From an uncultured delta proteobacterium (GTDB taxonomy: Bacteria; Bdellovibrionota; FAC87; UBA2466), in assembly GCA_963778115.1 (NCBI GenBank), contig CAVZSV010000004.1, forward strand, positions 2,272,001-2,336,000: a stretch of 64,000 nucleotides of DNA, read 5' to 3'. Of the stretch, positions 37,535-48,162 are shown one piece after another (position 1 is the first letter of the stretch; every line of letters starts with the position of its first letter). The notes under the pieces were generated by a model. It did not search any database, had not been told where the DNA came from, and saw only the letters and a list, made by a program, of their open reading frames with translations. The translations under genes were made by a program, and so were the position numbers.

Positions 37535-38365
37535 ATGGCGATCATGAAAATTGCGTTAGTCCAAATGCGTTCGAGTTCCGATCTTGAGACTAACCTCGCT
37601 GTTATGCGTCGGCAGGTCGAGAAGGCCAAGCAGTTAGGCGCCGATTTAGTGGTGTTTCCCGAGGTCGCCTACTTCACGGGAAGGCCGGAACTTTCTACCC
37701 AAATAGGCCCTGAGTTTCCTCGATTAAAAAGGGTTTTCAGTGGATGGGCCAAGGAGATAGGGATCCATTTGATTCCGGGCACGGTTCGGGAACCTCTTGC
37801 CTTGCAAACTTCCACCAAAGCTTCGCACGCCAATCTGATGATGGCTTTTGGCCCTGACGGGTCTGTTAATTGCGAATATAGGAAGATTTTTTTGTTCAAA
37901 GCCAAGCTTCCCGATCGAGCCTATGACGAGACCGACTTTTTTCTTCCTGGCTCTAACGTTATTACCGCCGAAATAGCCGGAGTTCGGGTAGGCTTTACCA
38001 TCTGCTTCGATTTGCGTTTCCCCGAACTCTTCCGGGCTTTAAAGAAACGGGGGGCTCAGGTTATCTTAGTCCCCGCGGCCTTTACGGCGGAAACCGGAAG
38101 GGTCCATTGGGAGGTTTTGCTTAGGGCTAGGGCCATTGAAAACCAGTGCTATATCGTCGCCCCGGGCCTCGTGGGGACTGCCGGGGATGGATCGGCAAAG
38201 CATGGCCATTCCCTAGTAGTGGACCCCTGGGGTAACGTTATCCTCGATATGGGGCAGAGCGAGGATACTCAAGTCGTTGAGATTGCGATCCAAGAGATAA
38301 GTAACGCCGGAAAGAAAATAGACGTATGGGGCTCTCGTCGGGAGGACCTTTTTCCCATTGGCTAA
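37535..38365 (+). CDS. Carbon-nitrogen hydrolase, Nit1/YbeM-like (deaminated glutathione amidase)
   Basis: FPE, YRKI, ICFDLRFPE triad, HWEVLLRARAIENQ, GHSLVVDPWG. Confidence 0.85.
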   Translation: MAIMKIALVQMRSSSDLETNLAVMRRQVEKAKQLGADLVVFPEVAYFTGRPELSTQIGPEFPRLKRVFSGWAKEIGIHLIPGTVREPLALQTSTKASHANLMMAFGPDGSVNCEYRKIFLFKAKLPDRAYDETDFFLPGSNVITAEIAGVRVGFTICFDLRFPELFRALKKRGAQVILVPAAFTAETGRVHWEVLLRARAIENQCYIVAPGLVGTAGDGSAKHGHSLVVDPWGNVILDMGQSEDTQVVEIAIQEISNAGKKIDVWGSRREDLFPIG

Positions 38366-38430
38366 AGTGGCCCAAACCCCTTAATGATATCTTTTAGCAT
38401 TTAGAAAATGACACGAAGTCAGGAGACAAC

Positions 38431-40476
38431 ATGATGACGCTCATCCTCTGGAGTATCGCATTTATAGCGGGAGTCGGCTTTTTCACTTGGCAAATTCGAG
38501 GGAGACTAAAAATTCTGCTGGCGGCTCGCCGAGATGACGGCCGTGACTATTCCATGGCTACCTGGCCCACTCGTATTAAGAACACGCTCATCTATGGCTT
38601 CGGCCAGGGAAAGTTTTTCCGAGACGAGCAGCCCGCCGGCATTTTACATATCGCCGTATTTTGGGGATTTTGCGTCCTTTCCCTGCAAGTCATCACCATG
38701 TTCACGCGGGGATGGTTTCCCTCCTTTGTGGTTCCAGGACTGGGGGCAGATCTTTTCGGAAAACCTTACGGACTACTCAAAGACATTTTCCAAGCCGTAG
38801 TGATGGTAGGGGTGATGGTGCTGCTCACGCGCTGGTGGGTGACCAAACCCAAAAGACTCTTTGGATTTCTCCCTGCTGAAGCCAGGCTGAATCAACATTC
38901 GCACACTGAGGCCTACCTCATCCTTCTTTTTATTTTCGGTATCATGCTAAGCGGCTTTGTTTACGACGGTTCCCGAATGGTGCTATTTGCGACCGATCCC
39001 GAAGTCGTTGGCGTAGCCTCTTGGGAGCCAATCAGTTCGGCGGTTGCGCGTCTGTTTGAAGGGAACTCCGATGCCGCCCTTATAGCGTCGACGATCGCAT
39101 GGTGGATGCATAATCTTATTATCTTGGCCTTTTTGAACTTGCTCCCCCGTTCGAAACATTTTCACATCATTACGGCCATTCCGAATGTCTTTTTCGGTAA
39201 AATAGGGCCGAGGGGTCGCCTTCCGAAGCGAGATTTTACCGTCGAGAATCCGCTCTTCGGTCGTTCTACGGTAAATCAGTTCACTTGGAAACAGATGATG
39301 GACATGTACAGCTGTACCGAATGCGGTCGCTGTGCCGCCGTCTGTCCCGCAACGGCCACCAAGAAACCCTTAGCCCCGCGTCAATTTCTCTTGGATATTC
39401 GTGACTCGCTCTATTCCTCGCAAACGACGTGGCTTCAAAAGATAGCGGTCAATGCGACGCCGGAATTTGAAGCCGTGGTCGGGGAAGGACGGCCGGTAAG
39501 TGACGAAACCGTCTGGTCTTGTGTGCAGTGCCGTGCCTGCGAGGAGGCCTGCCCCGTTAATATCGAATACGTCGATAAGATGGTGGACATGCGCCAACAT
39601 CTCGTTCAAGAAGCTTCACGATTTCCCGCCGAACTAAATCGGACCTTCAAAGGTTTGGAGACGCAATCTAACCCTTGGGGAATTAGTCGCGAAGAGCGAG
39701 ACGCTTGGGCGGAGGGGATGGAGATTCCTCGCATTCAGGACAATCCCAATGCCGAGTATCTCTATTATGTCGGGTGTGGGGGATCTTTTGATTCCAATAA
39801 CCGGCGATCGACGCAAAGTTTCGCCAAAATCTTGAAGAAGGCAGGCGTCTCCTTTGCGATCTTAGGTAAAGAGGAACTGTGTAACGGAGAGACCGCACGC
39901 CGCCTTGGGAACGAGTATCTGTTCCAAACGTTGGCGGAGAGTCTTGTGGCGCTGTTAAACCAATACCAAATTAAGAAGATTCTGGTGAACTGCCCCCACT
40001 GCTTCAATACGCTGGCTAAGGAATATCCCGACTTCGGAGGGAAGTGGGAAGTCACTCGCGCTGGAGACCTAGTCAATCAGTTAGCGGCGGCTGGAAAAAT
40101 TCCTCTTCAGGGCAGCTTTGATAAGAAGGTGGTCTACCACGACTCCTGCAACTACGGACGCTTTAACGGCGTCTACGATGAACCCCGCGAAATTCTCCAA
40201 AGGGTTCCGGGAGCCCGATTCGAAGAGATCACCCCTTCCCGAGAAAAAGGGACCTGTTGTGGGGCCGGAGGCGGGAGGATGTGGTTGGAAGAGGCTAAAG
40301 ATCAACGGGTTAATATGCTTCGCGCCGATCAGGCTTTGGAGAAAAAGCCTGACGTGATTGCGACCTCATGCCCCTACTGCAAGATCATGCTGGGAAGTGC
40401 GATCAACGAAAAAGGGGAGAACGAAAAGGTCCAAGTGATGGATGTCATGGAGATTGTGGCTTCCCAACTTTCGTAA
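38431..40476 (+). CDS. Membrane-bound Fe-S oxidoreductase, FadF/HdrD-like
   Basis: N-terminal TM region with SKHFH; CTECGRC..C and CVQCRAC..C clusters; two CCG-type domains (CPHC, HDSC, CCGAGGG, CPYC). Confidence 0.88.
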   Translation: MMTLILWSIAFIAGVGFFTWQIRGRLKILLAARRDDGRDYSMATWPTRIKNTLIYGFGQGKFFRDEQPAGILHIAVFWGFCVLSLQVITMFTRGWFPSFVVPGLGADLFGKPYGLLKDIFQAVVMVGVMVLLTRWWVTKPKRLFGFLPAEARLNQHSHTEAYLILLFIFGIMLSGFVYDGSRMVLFATDPEVVGVASWEPISSAVARLFEGNSDAALIASTIAWWMHNLIILAFLNLLPRSKHFHIITAIPNVFFGKIGPRGRLPKRDFTVENPLFGRSTVNQFTWKQMMDMYSCTECGRCAAVCPATATKKPLAPRQFLLDIRDSLYSSQTTWLQKIAVNATPEFEAVVGEGRPVSDETVWSCVQCRACEEACPVNIEYVDKMVDMRQHLVQEASRFPAELNRTFKGLETQSNPWGISREERDAWAEGMEIPRIQDNPNAEYLYYVGCGGSFDSNNRRSTQSFAKILKKAGVSFAILGKEELCNGETARRLGNEYLFQTLAESLVALLNQYQIKKILVNCPHCFNTLAKEYPDFGGKWEVTRAGDLVNQLAAAGKIPLQGSFDKKVVYHDSCNYGRFNGVYDEPREILQRVPGARFEEITPSREKGTCCGAGGGRMWLEEAKDQRVNMLRADQALEKKPDVIATSCPYCKIMLGSAINEKGENEKVQVMDVMEIVASQLS

Positions 40477-40586
40477 ACAAATCTGAAACGTTTAGATCGA
40501 TACTTCTTTGAGTTTCGCTCGGAAGATGGCTAAAATGTCGCCTTCGAAGGCCGGAAAAGTGAAATGTATATAATGGAGGTTTTATT

Positions 40587-40982
40587 ATGAACGTGGTTAA
40601 GCGGATTCTCACTGCGGTCAGTATATTAGGTTTGGCTGGCATTCTTTTGGTAGGGTGCTCGGCGAGCCAACCTAAGCAGAAATCTAACCTTACCTTTGGG
40701 TCCGTAAAAAAGAACATTGTTAAGGGAAAGACTAATCAATCCGATGTCGTTCAGCTGCTTGGCTCTCCCAATATCGTGACCAAGAACTCCAAAGGGAACG
40801 AAGTGTGGACATACACCCGGCAATCTTATGATTCCGAGACTGGGGGTTTTGGAGGTGGTGTTATTCTTTTTGGCGGGAATAAGGCTTTCTCGTCTTCGTC
40901 TACTTCTAGTTTTGATCTTATTCTCACCTTTGATAAGAACGATGTTGTAGATGATTACAGCGTAGTGTCGTCTCAGTTCTAG
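40587..40982 (+). CDS. SmpA/OmlA(BamE)-like lipoprotein
   Basis: LVGC lipobox; GKT..DVVQLLGSP..EVWTY; LTFD..DVV. Confidence 0.7.
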   Translation: MNVVKRILTAVSILGLAGILLVGCSASQPKQKSNLTFGSVKKNIVKGKTNQSDVVQLLGSPNIVTKNSKGNEVWTYTRQSYDSETGGFGGGVILFGGNKAFSSSSTSSFDLILTFDKNDVVDDYSVVSSQF

Positions 40983-40998
40983 TAGTAAGGAGAGCTTT

Positions 40999-41490
40999 AT
41001 GAAGAAGGGTTTGCGTTTATTTTCCTACCTGCTGATTTTGGCCATGGGCGCTTGTGCGACCGTCCCCGAGCTTTCGCCCGCTCAACGGCGGGCACTTCAG
41101 ATGCGAACGTTCGAGCACACGTCGTATGAAAACGTCTTTCGAGCGTTTAAGACAGTCCTTCAAGATTCGGGCTACGTAATTAAAAATCAGGACATGAATG
41201 GCGGACTCATCGTAGCGCAAATTCAGAAGACCGATAGTTCGGGAGCCTTTTTCGCTGCTTTTGGAGGAAACCAGAATTACCGGACAGGTCAGGCCTTTGA
41301 AGTCTCCGTCAACTTGGAAAAAGTAAACGCTACGACTATTGAGACTCGCGTCATTATTCAGACGGTAGAGAGCTACAGCATGGGTGGCCAGCAGGGACAT
41401 GAAATTCTAGACGATAAGATGTATAAAAGTATTTACGATTCAGTTCGCACCGAAGTCGAGCGCCGGAAAGCTCAAGGCAAGAGTGAATAG
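40999..41490 (+). CDS. Hypothetical lipoprotein
   Basis: MGAC lipobox; AAGGAG RBS; QMRTF..VLQDSGY. Confidence 0.7.
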   Translation: MKKGLRLFSYLLILAMGACATVPELSPAQRRALQMRTFEHTSYENVFRAFKTVLQDSGYVIKNQDMNGGLIVAQIQKTDSSGAFFAAFGGNQNYRTGQAFEVSVNLEKVNATTIETRVIIQTVESYSMGGQQGHEILDDKMYKSIYDSVRTEVERRKAQGKSE

Positions 41491-41540
41491 CTAGAGCTTT
41501 ACTGTCCGGGATCGGAGGGAACACTGTTTGGGGGAGTCGC

Positions 41541-43256
41541 ATGCGCTTGGCCTCGGCCTTTCGATTTTTGGTGATTCCTTTTATTTTACTGATCCCTTTA
41601 TTAGTGACGCCTTCGTCTATCTCCTATGCCTCATCGGCTCCCTCGGGCGCAAAGCAACCCAACAAAGACCTCCTCTCGTTGCTGTTAAGCAATGACGCCA
41701 AAGTTTATTATAATGGCCACCTCTTTCGATGGAACACCGAAAGAGAAGGCGGAATCTGGTGCCGATCGACCGATACCAAGGGCGACAAAAATCCTCATAT
41801 CGAAGACTATTTTGACGCTAAGAGATTGGTCAAACGGATCTTGGATCGCAATGGGGATAACCGTCAGGACGAAATTTTCGATTACAGCATTCCGGGTAAG
41901 ATAACCCGGAGGTTCGATAATGATTATGACGGGACGTTTAAGACCGAACAAACTAGCTTTATAGAAGGCAAGTACGTGGTGCGTATCACTAAAGCTATCA
42001 AAGGGAAAAAACATCCCAAGTGGCATGTAGTTGCTTTCGAGCGGTTTTCGGTACTGCAAGCCGATGAAGACGAAGCTCCAGATCAAAGCCTTCACAACGC
42101 ACTTAAAGAGGTTAACGGACTTAGAGGAGTGGTAAGTCCGTTTGAAAAGCTGTCCGAATTGGACGACAAGTTCGTATCTACTAGTTATGGTTTTAAGATC
42201 GAAAAGACCTGTTTGGATGCGTATCCCAAACTTGGGGAAGTGTTTCACAAAACTCTTTCGCAAGGGGTGGCGTGCTTATGGAAGTTGGGAGAGAGCGATA
42301 AAGACGCTACTGAGGCGAAAATTCACGTCGCTAAGATCGGAACTTTACTCGATAATGACCCTCGTCCTCGTTTAGTTTGCTCGTTGCCGGACAACGAAGT
42401 GTGGGGGAAACGGGATGGGGTTTCCGCTACTAGCCCCGCTGACCCGTGGGTAGGTCTTAACCCAGAATTTCTTCAGTCGTCGTCAGTACGCAAAGTACAA
42501 CAGAACTTGTTTCACGAAATCTTTCATCCCTTGGGATTTGAGCATGAGAATTCCGTCGATTACCCTTATGCTTGTTCTTACTGCTGTTTTCCCGACGAAA
42601 CCAAAGATGCCGCTGACGTTGCCAAGAGAGAAAAGATAGTGAAGCTTGCGTGTGATATTTGCAAGACGAGTTACACCGGGGTTTCCGATTATCATTATCT
42701 AGATAAGATGGCCGAGTTTCTTCCGTTGATTCGAAAATCTCATCATGGCTTGAAGCCACTCTTAAGATTCATCAAAGAGTATAAGGGACAGGAAGCCGTC
42801 CTCCCCGAAATCAGAAGGATTCAGTTAGCTTTAGTGAAGGCTTTTGGTGCCACTTTCGAAATACCCGTGGGGATTGAGCTTGCGAACCGATTCAAGCCGC
42901 AAAACGATAAAGAAAAAGCCGTACTCAGAGAGATCTATAAATATTCGAGTCGATCCTGGCCCAAGGAATATGCATCCCAGGCAAAAGCGTTTGCCGACGG
43001 AATGGGCCAATGGGTGGACGGGGATCTTGATGCCGCTGCTCAAACGATTGCTGGGATCAAGTATCCTGACGCCAAAGTGTTAGAGCCAAAGTTTCAAGCC
43101 TTTGCTCCTCATATTGAGATGTCGTTTGATCGGTCACGATTGAGGTTGGCCGAATTGATCTATGATGCTTACCGTACTGACGGCGCAGACGAAAAGGCTA
43201 AGCAGTTCGATGAAAAGGTGATACAGCCACTATCCGCTCAAATAGGAGCCTGGTGA
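41541..43256 (+). CDS. Secreted protein with metzincin zinc-binding motif
   Basis: Signal peptide; DRNGD and DNDYDG loops; HEIFHPLGFEHE (HExxHxxGxxH). Confidence 0.65.
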   Translation: MRLASAFRFLVIPFILLIPLLVTPSSISYASSAPSGAKQPNKDLLSLLLSNDAKVYYNGHLFRWNTEREGGIWCRSTDTKGDKNPHIEDYFDAKRLVKRILDRNGDNRQDEIFDYSIPGKITRRFDNDYDGTFKTEQTSFIEGKYVVRITKAIKGKKHPKWHVVAFERFSVLQADEDEAPDQSLHNALKEVNGLRGVVSPFEKLSELDDKFVSTSYGFKIEKTCLDAYPKLGEVFHKTLSQGVACLWKLGESDKDATEAKIHVAKIGTLLDNDPRPRLVCSLPDNEVWGKRDGVSATSPADPWVGLNPEFLQSSSVRKVQQNLFHEIFHPLGFEHENSVDYPYACSYCCFPDETKDAADVAKREKIVKLACDICKTSYTGVSDYHYLDKMAEFLPLIRKSHHGLKPLLRFIKEYKGQEAVLPEIRRIQLALVKAFGATFEIPVGIELANRFKPQNDKEKAVLREIYKYSSRSWPKEYASQAKAFADGMGQWVDGDLDAAAQTIAGIKYPDAKVLEPKFQAFAPHIEMSFDRSRLRLAELIYDAYRTDGADEKAKQFDEKVIQPLSAQIGAW

Positions 43257-44215
43257 GATATTGAGTCGAGACTTGCCATCATCTGCGCGTCTTCAGACCA
43301 CGCCACATTTTCGGCCGTAAGTAGCTTCTCACCGACAAAGATCGAATTGGCCCCTACGGCAAAACAGCGTTTCTGTTCTTCCACACTTAAGGTATTTCTC
43401 CCAGCACTTAGGCGTACGCGCGATTTAGGCATTAAGATTCGGGCAATAGCCACCATTCGCAAAAAGTCTTCGAAAGGAACCGATTCCGAAATTTGCAGAG
43501 GGGTTCCCTCGATAGGAACCAAAAGATTTACGGGGACACTTTCTGGGTGAGGATTGAGCGACGCCAATTCGACAAGCATCGCCGCGCGATCTTTAATGGA
43601 CTCTCCCATCCCTAAAATTCCCCCACAACACAACTGAACTCCCGCACGCCTCGCATTGCGAAGGGTGTTAAGTCTATCGTCGTAGGTTCGGGTAGTAATA
43701 ATTTTCGGATAAAACTCTCGGCTCGTATCCAGGTTATGGTTGTAGGCAGTAAGGCCAGCGGTTTTAAGTTGCGTGAGCTGCTCTTCACTCGCCATTCCAA
43801 GCGTGCAACACACTTCCATCCCAAGATGGGAGACTCCTTCGACCATGGACAGAATTTTCTGGAATCGACCGTCCGAAGGAATGTCTCGCCACGCAGCTCC
43901 CATACAAAACCGAGTGGCCCCGTTCTCTTTGGCCTGCCTTGCCGTGTCGAGAACCCGATCTACAGATAACAAAGGCTCAGTACTTAGGTTGGTTTTGAAA
44001 TGAGCACTTTGGGAACAGTAACCGCAGTCTTCCGGACAAGCTCCCGTTTTAACGCTGAGAAGCATGCATTGCTGGACGTCTTGGGCGGCGTACTTCTGAT
44101 GAAGCTGGGTTGCCCTGTGGCACACCTGTTCCAAGGGTAAGGCAAAAATTCCCAGAACCTCGTCAAGGTTCCAGTTGTAACGGATATCGGAGGAGCTCGG
44201 GTCTAAAATCGCCAT
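43238..44215 (-). CDS. bioB: Biotin synthase
   Basis: KTGACPEDCGYCSQS, RFCMGAAWR, YNHNLDTS, ESVPVN, RLSAGR, GANSIF. Confidence 0.97.
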   Translation of the reverse strand: MAILDPSSSDIRYNWNLDEVLGIFALPLEQVCHRATQLHQKYAAQDVQQCMLLSVKTGACPEDCGYCSQSAHFKTNLSTEPLLSVDRVLDTARQAKENGATRFCMGAAWRDIPSDGRFQKILSMVEGVSHLGMEVCCTLGMASEEQLTQLKTAGLTAYNHNLDTSREFYPKIITTRTYDDRLNTLRNARRAGVQLCCGGILGMGESIKDRAAMLVELASLNPHPESVPVNLLVPIEGTPLQISESVPFEDFLRMVAIARILMPKSRVRLSAGRNTLSVEEQKRCFAVGANSIFVGEKLLTAENVAWSEDAQMMASLDSISHQAPI

Positions 44216-44353
44216 AGGGGATGATTTATCGCCTGAAGGGGGGATCGTAAAGGCGAAAAGGGCTTAAAAGGCCAGAGCTAGCGCTAGGGTGAGTTGTCAA
44301 AAGGCCTTGATCCCCCCTAAGTTAGCCTCTAAAGTGTTAATGCGGCGGTTCAA

Positions 44354-47024
44354 ATGAAATCAGTAGAAATTAGAGAGACATTCCTTAAATTTTTCGAAAA
44401 CTACCACCACCAGCGGGTCAAGAGTTCGAGCCTTATTCCGGCGGCCGATCCCACGCTACTCTTTACCAATGCCGGGATGGTACAGTTCAAAGACAACTTT
44501 CTGGGGCTAACCGATTCGGGGTACTGACGAGCGACCACCTGCCAGAAGTGCGTCCGTGCCGGTGGCAAACATAACGATCTGGAAAATGTGGGCTTCACCG
44601 CACGCCACCATACCTTCTTTGAGATGCTGGGCAACTTCTCCTTCGGAGACTACTTCAAAAAGGATGCGATCAGTTTCGCGTGGGAATTGATTACCAAGTA
44701 CTACCATATTCCCACCGATCGTCTTCGTGTCACCGTTTTCGAGAAAGACGATGAAGCTTTTGAGCTTTGGAAAGCCCAAGGCATTAGACCCGACTGGATC
44801 GGTCGACTAGGAGAGAAAGACAATTTTTGGGCAATGGGAGACACTGGACCTTGTGGTCCGTGTTCTGAGATTTATTACGATTTTGGAGAGAAGCACGGTT
44901 GCCAAAAACCCGAGTGCGCTCCCGGCTGCGATTGCACGCGATTTCTAGAAATTTGGAATTTGGTTTTCATGCAGTTCAATCGGGACATCAGTGGAAAGAT
45001 GACCCCACTTCCTAAGCCTAGCGTCGATACTGGTGCTGGACTGGAACGTATTTCAGCCGTGCTCCAAGGAGTTTTTAGCAATTACGATACCGATCTCTTT
45101 GAGCCGCTCTTTGCGGCGATCACTCGAGTGACGGGCCATAAATATCACGCGAAGGAAGACGCTGATGTTTCGATGCGTGTTATTGCGGATCACATCCGCT
45201 CCGGTACTTTCTTGCTTTCGGATGGAGTAACTCCCAGCAACGAAGGAAGAGGATACGTCTTGAGACGCATCTTGCGTCGGGCGATTCGTCACGGGAAAAA
45301 ATTAGGTCAGGATAAACCGTTCCTTCATCTATTGGTGGGAGATGTTTGCGAACTCTTTGCGGGTGTTTACCCGGAACTCTTGAAGCATCGCAAAGCAATC
45401 GAAGTGATGCTGAAGGAGGAGGAAGAACGTTTTCACGAAACCCTTCATCGCGGGATGGGAATTCTCGAAGAGGCGATGGAGAAGGTTAAGGCCAAAAAAG
45501 GAAACGTCCTTCCCGGGGAAGTTACTTTCAAGCTGTACGACTCATTCGGATTTCCGTTCGATTTGGTCCAGGTCATTGCCAAAGAGAATGGCCTTGATGT
45601 CGACGAAAAAGAGTTTGAACTCCTCATGGACAAGCAGCGCAGTCAGAGTGCTTGGAATCGGGGGGACGACGCGGTTTTGATGGAGAACCTCGGCAAGGCC
45701 ATCGACTCGAAAAAATGGGAGACCCCTTTTCTTGGTTATGACAAACGTATGCACGCCAAAGCCGAATGTCTCATGGCGTTGACGGCGGAGGGCTATACCG
45801 TTACGGGGTTAGAGACCGGAACCACAGGATTTCTTATTTTCAAAGAGACTCCCTTTTATGCGGAGAGCGGCGGACAAGTCGGCGACAAAGGAGAAGTGAA
45901 ATCGCCTTCGGGAACGGCCCAAGTGACCTCTACTTTCAAAATGGGCAAAGTCATTCTCCACCGGGTTCAAGTCACCCAAGGAAAGGTGGAAAGTGGCAAG
46001 CAGTGTGATTCTTTTGGTGGATCCCAAACAGCGCCATTATACGGCGATCAACCACACCGGAACGCATATGCTTCACGCAGCCCTTAGAACGGTGCTGGGA
46101 GAGCGCGTGAAACAGGCGGGCTCACTCGTGGAACCCGATAGGCTCCGATTCGATTTTACCTATCCTAGAGGAATGACCGCCGAAGAGGTGGCTAAAGTGG
46201 AAGAGATTATCAACACTGAAGTGGCGGCGGACGAAGCAGTGACGACGAAAGAGATGGCTTTCGACGATGCCATTAAAAGTGGAGCTTTGGCTTTTTTTGA
46301 CGAAAAGTACGGAGATAGAGTTCGAGTCGTTCGGGTGGGAGGCGACTCCAAAGCTTTTAGTGTCGAATTGTGCGGGGGAACGCATCTGAGTCGGACCTCT
46401 GAGGTCGGCATGTTTAAGATTCTTGCCGAGTCGTCGGTGGCCAGCGGAGTCAGGCGTATCGAGGCCATCACCTCAGTGACCGCTATCACTTACTTGAGGA
46501 AGCGCCATGAAGTCTTGTCTCTCATTGAAGAGAAGTTAAATTCTCGGGGAGAGGCTGCTTCGAGCAAAGTCGATCAGATGATGACACAGCTAAAAACGCT
46601 TCAGCGCGAAAATGAATCGCTTAAGATCAAAGTGGCACAGGCCGGCAGCCGCGGGGATGGTGGCGGCGGAGCACTATTCGACAAAGCGTTTGAGGTTCCC
46701 AACAAAGGCATCAAAGCTGTCGTTGAAGTGGTGGAAGCTGACAATCCCAAAGTGTTGCGAGCTTTGGTTGATCAAGTTCGCGATAAGCTAAAAGAGAAAG
46801 TGATTGTGGTCCTCGCGGCCAAGGTCGATGGAAGAGTTTCTCTGTGTGTCGGAATCTCAAAAGATCTTGTCGGAAAATTCGATGCCTCCAAGCTAATCCA
46901 GCCTCTGGCGACGGGCTTAGGAGGAACGGGCGGAGGAAAAGCGGATTTTGCACAGGCGGGAGGCTCTCGTCCCGAAGTGCTAAACGAGGTTTTGAATCAA
47001 TTCCGCCGGGAGCTGGGAAAATAA
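44354..47024 (+). pseudogene. alaS: Alanine--tRNA ligase, apparently disrupted (in-frame TGA at 44525; +1 frameshift near 46004-46016); probable sequence error
   Basis: [26 protein letters not shown] from ATG 44354 in frame with ORF 44588; RHHTFFEMLGNFSFGDYFK; HTGTH, ELCGGTH and GGGKADFAQAGG in ORF 45993. Confidence 0.93.
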
Positions 47025-47049
47025 AAAAAAATAGAAAATCAACCATCTC

Positions 47050-48120
47050 ATGGACACTCTAGATCGCTTTCTTGTTAAGGAGTTTTTCGCCTATTTCGGC
47101 CTGGTCCTATTGGGCCTTGCGGCTGTCTTTCTTGGGATCGATTTTCTTACCAAGTTTTGGGAAATCAACATGCCGGTGGCGAGTATCTTCGCGCTTTATG
47201 GCTATAAATTGCCGGCGGCGATCCAGAAATTTGTACCGGTTGCGTGTTTAATGGCGACTCTGCTGGTCCTCTCAGGGATGTCCCGCCAAAATGAGATCTT
47301 GGCCTTGTACTCTAGCGGGATTGGAACTCTACGACTGATTTCCACCTTTATTGCGATAGCAGCCACGATTAGCACCGTGTCCTTCTTAGTTTTCGATTCT
47401 TTGGTCCCCGCATTCGCCAAAAGAGAGATCATGTTGAACCGCGGGCTCGATCCGTCCCAGGACTTTCTTTTGAATCAGAACTCTTCCGGATTTTGGTACC
47501 GCAGTGGCAAGATTATCTATAACGTGGGCCGCTTTATCCCCGAAACTAACACTCTGGAAGATGTGAAGGTCTACCTGCTTAATCCGTCATTCGAGCTAGT
47601 GGAGACTATGCATGCCAAGCGGGCCGTCTATGTAGGCAATGACTGGGAATTGCACGACGGCTACTCAGTAGTCTATCCGGTCCGTACTCGCTTTCCGACG
47701 GAGACGGCCTTTAAGATCAAACGTGGCCTTATTCCCGAGAAGCCCGGAGATTTTAAAACCCTCAAGATCGAAGATGAGACGATGCGGTTAAAAGATCTAC
47801 GGCTTAATATCGCCCGAAACCATTCTTACGGACTCGATACCACTTCCCAGCAGGTAAGCTATCATCAGCGGTTGGCTCTGGTCTTTACCCCTCTTATTTT
47901 TGTGCTTCTGGGGATCCCTTTTGCCATTCGCCCTCTTAAGACGCATTCGTTTGCGCGAAGCATCGGCTTTTGCTTCCTTGTGGTATTCGCCTATCTCCTC
48001 ATGTTCCAGATGTCGCTATCCGTAGGAAAAGGGGGGCATATCCCACCGGTAATCGCCGGTTGGGCGCCCAATGTGATCTTTCTCGCCCTGTCAGGCGTCT
48101 TTATTGTAAGAAAAATGTAG
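47050..48120 (+). CDS. lptG: LPS export permease, LptF/LptG family
   Basis: TLDRFL, NEILALYSSGI, six-TM layout with periplasmic domain, AGWAPN. Confidence 0.85.
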   Translation: MDTLDRFLVKEFFAYFGLVLLGLAAVFLGIDFLTKFWEINMPVASIFALYGYKLPAAIQKFVPVACLMATLLVLSGMSRQNEILALYSSGIGTLRLISTFIAIAATISTVSFLVFDSLVPAFAKREIMLNRGLDPSQDFLLNQNSSGFWYRSGKIIYNVGRFIPETNTLEDVKVYLLNPSFELVETMHAKRAVYVGNDWELHDGYSVVYPVRTRFPTETAFKIKRGLIPEKPGDFKTLKIEDETMRLKDLRLNIARNHSYGLDTTSQQVSYHQRLALVFTPLIFVLLGIPFAIRPLKTHSFARSIGFCFLVVFAYLLMFQMSLSVGKGGHIPPVIAGWAPNVIFLALSGVFIVRKM

Positions 48121-48162
48121 TTCTGCCTATAATAGTCCGCTAGAGACGGTATAGAGAAGGCT

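Noticed and set aside
44216..44353. BirA operator upstream of bioB
   Set aside because: Only one TTGTCAA half-site-like word; no matching inverted half at the expected spacing
44525..44527. TGA as selenocysteine or a recoded genetic code
   Set aside because: Position is not a conserved Cys, Trp or Gly, and TGA ends several intact genes in this window
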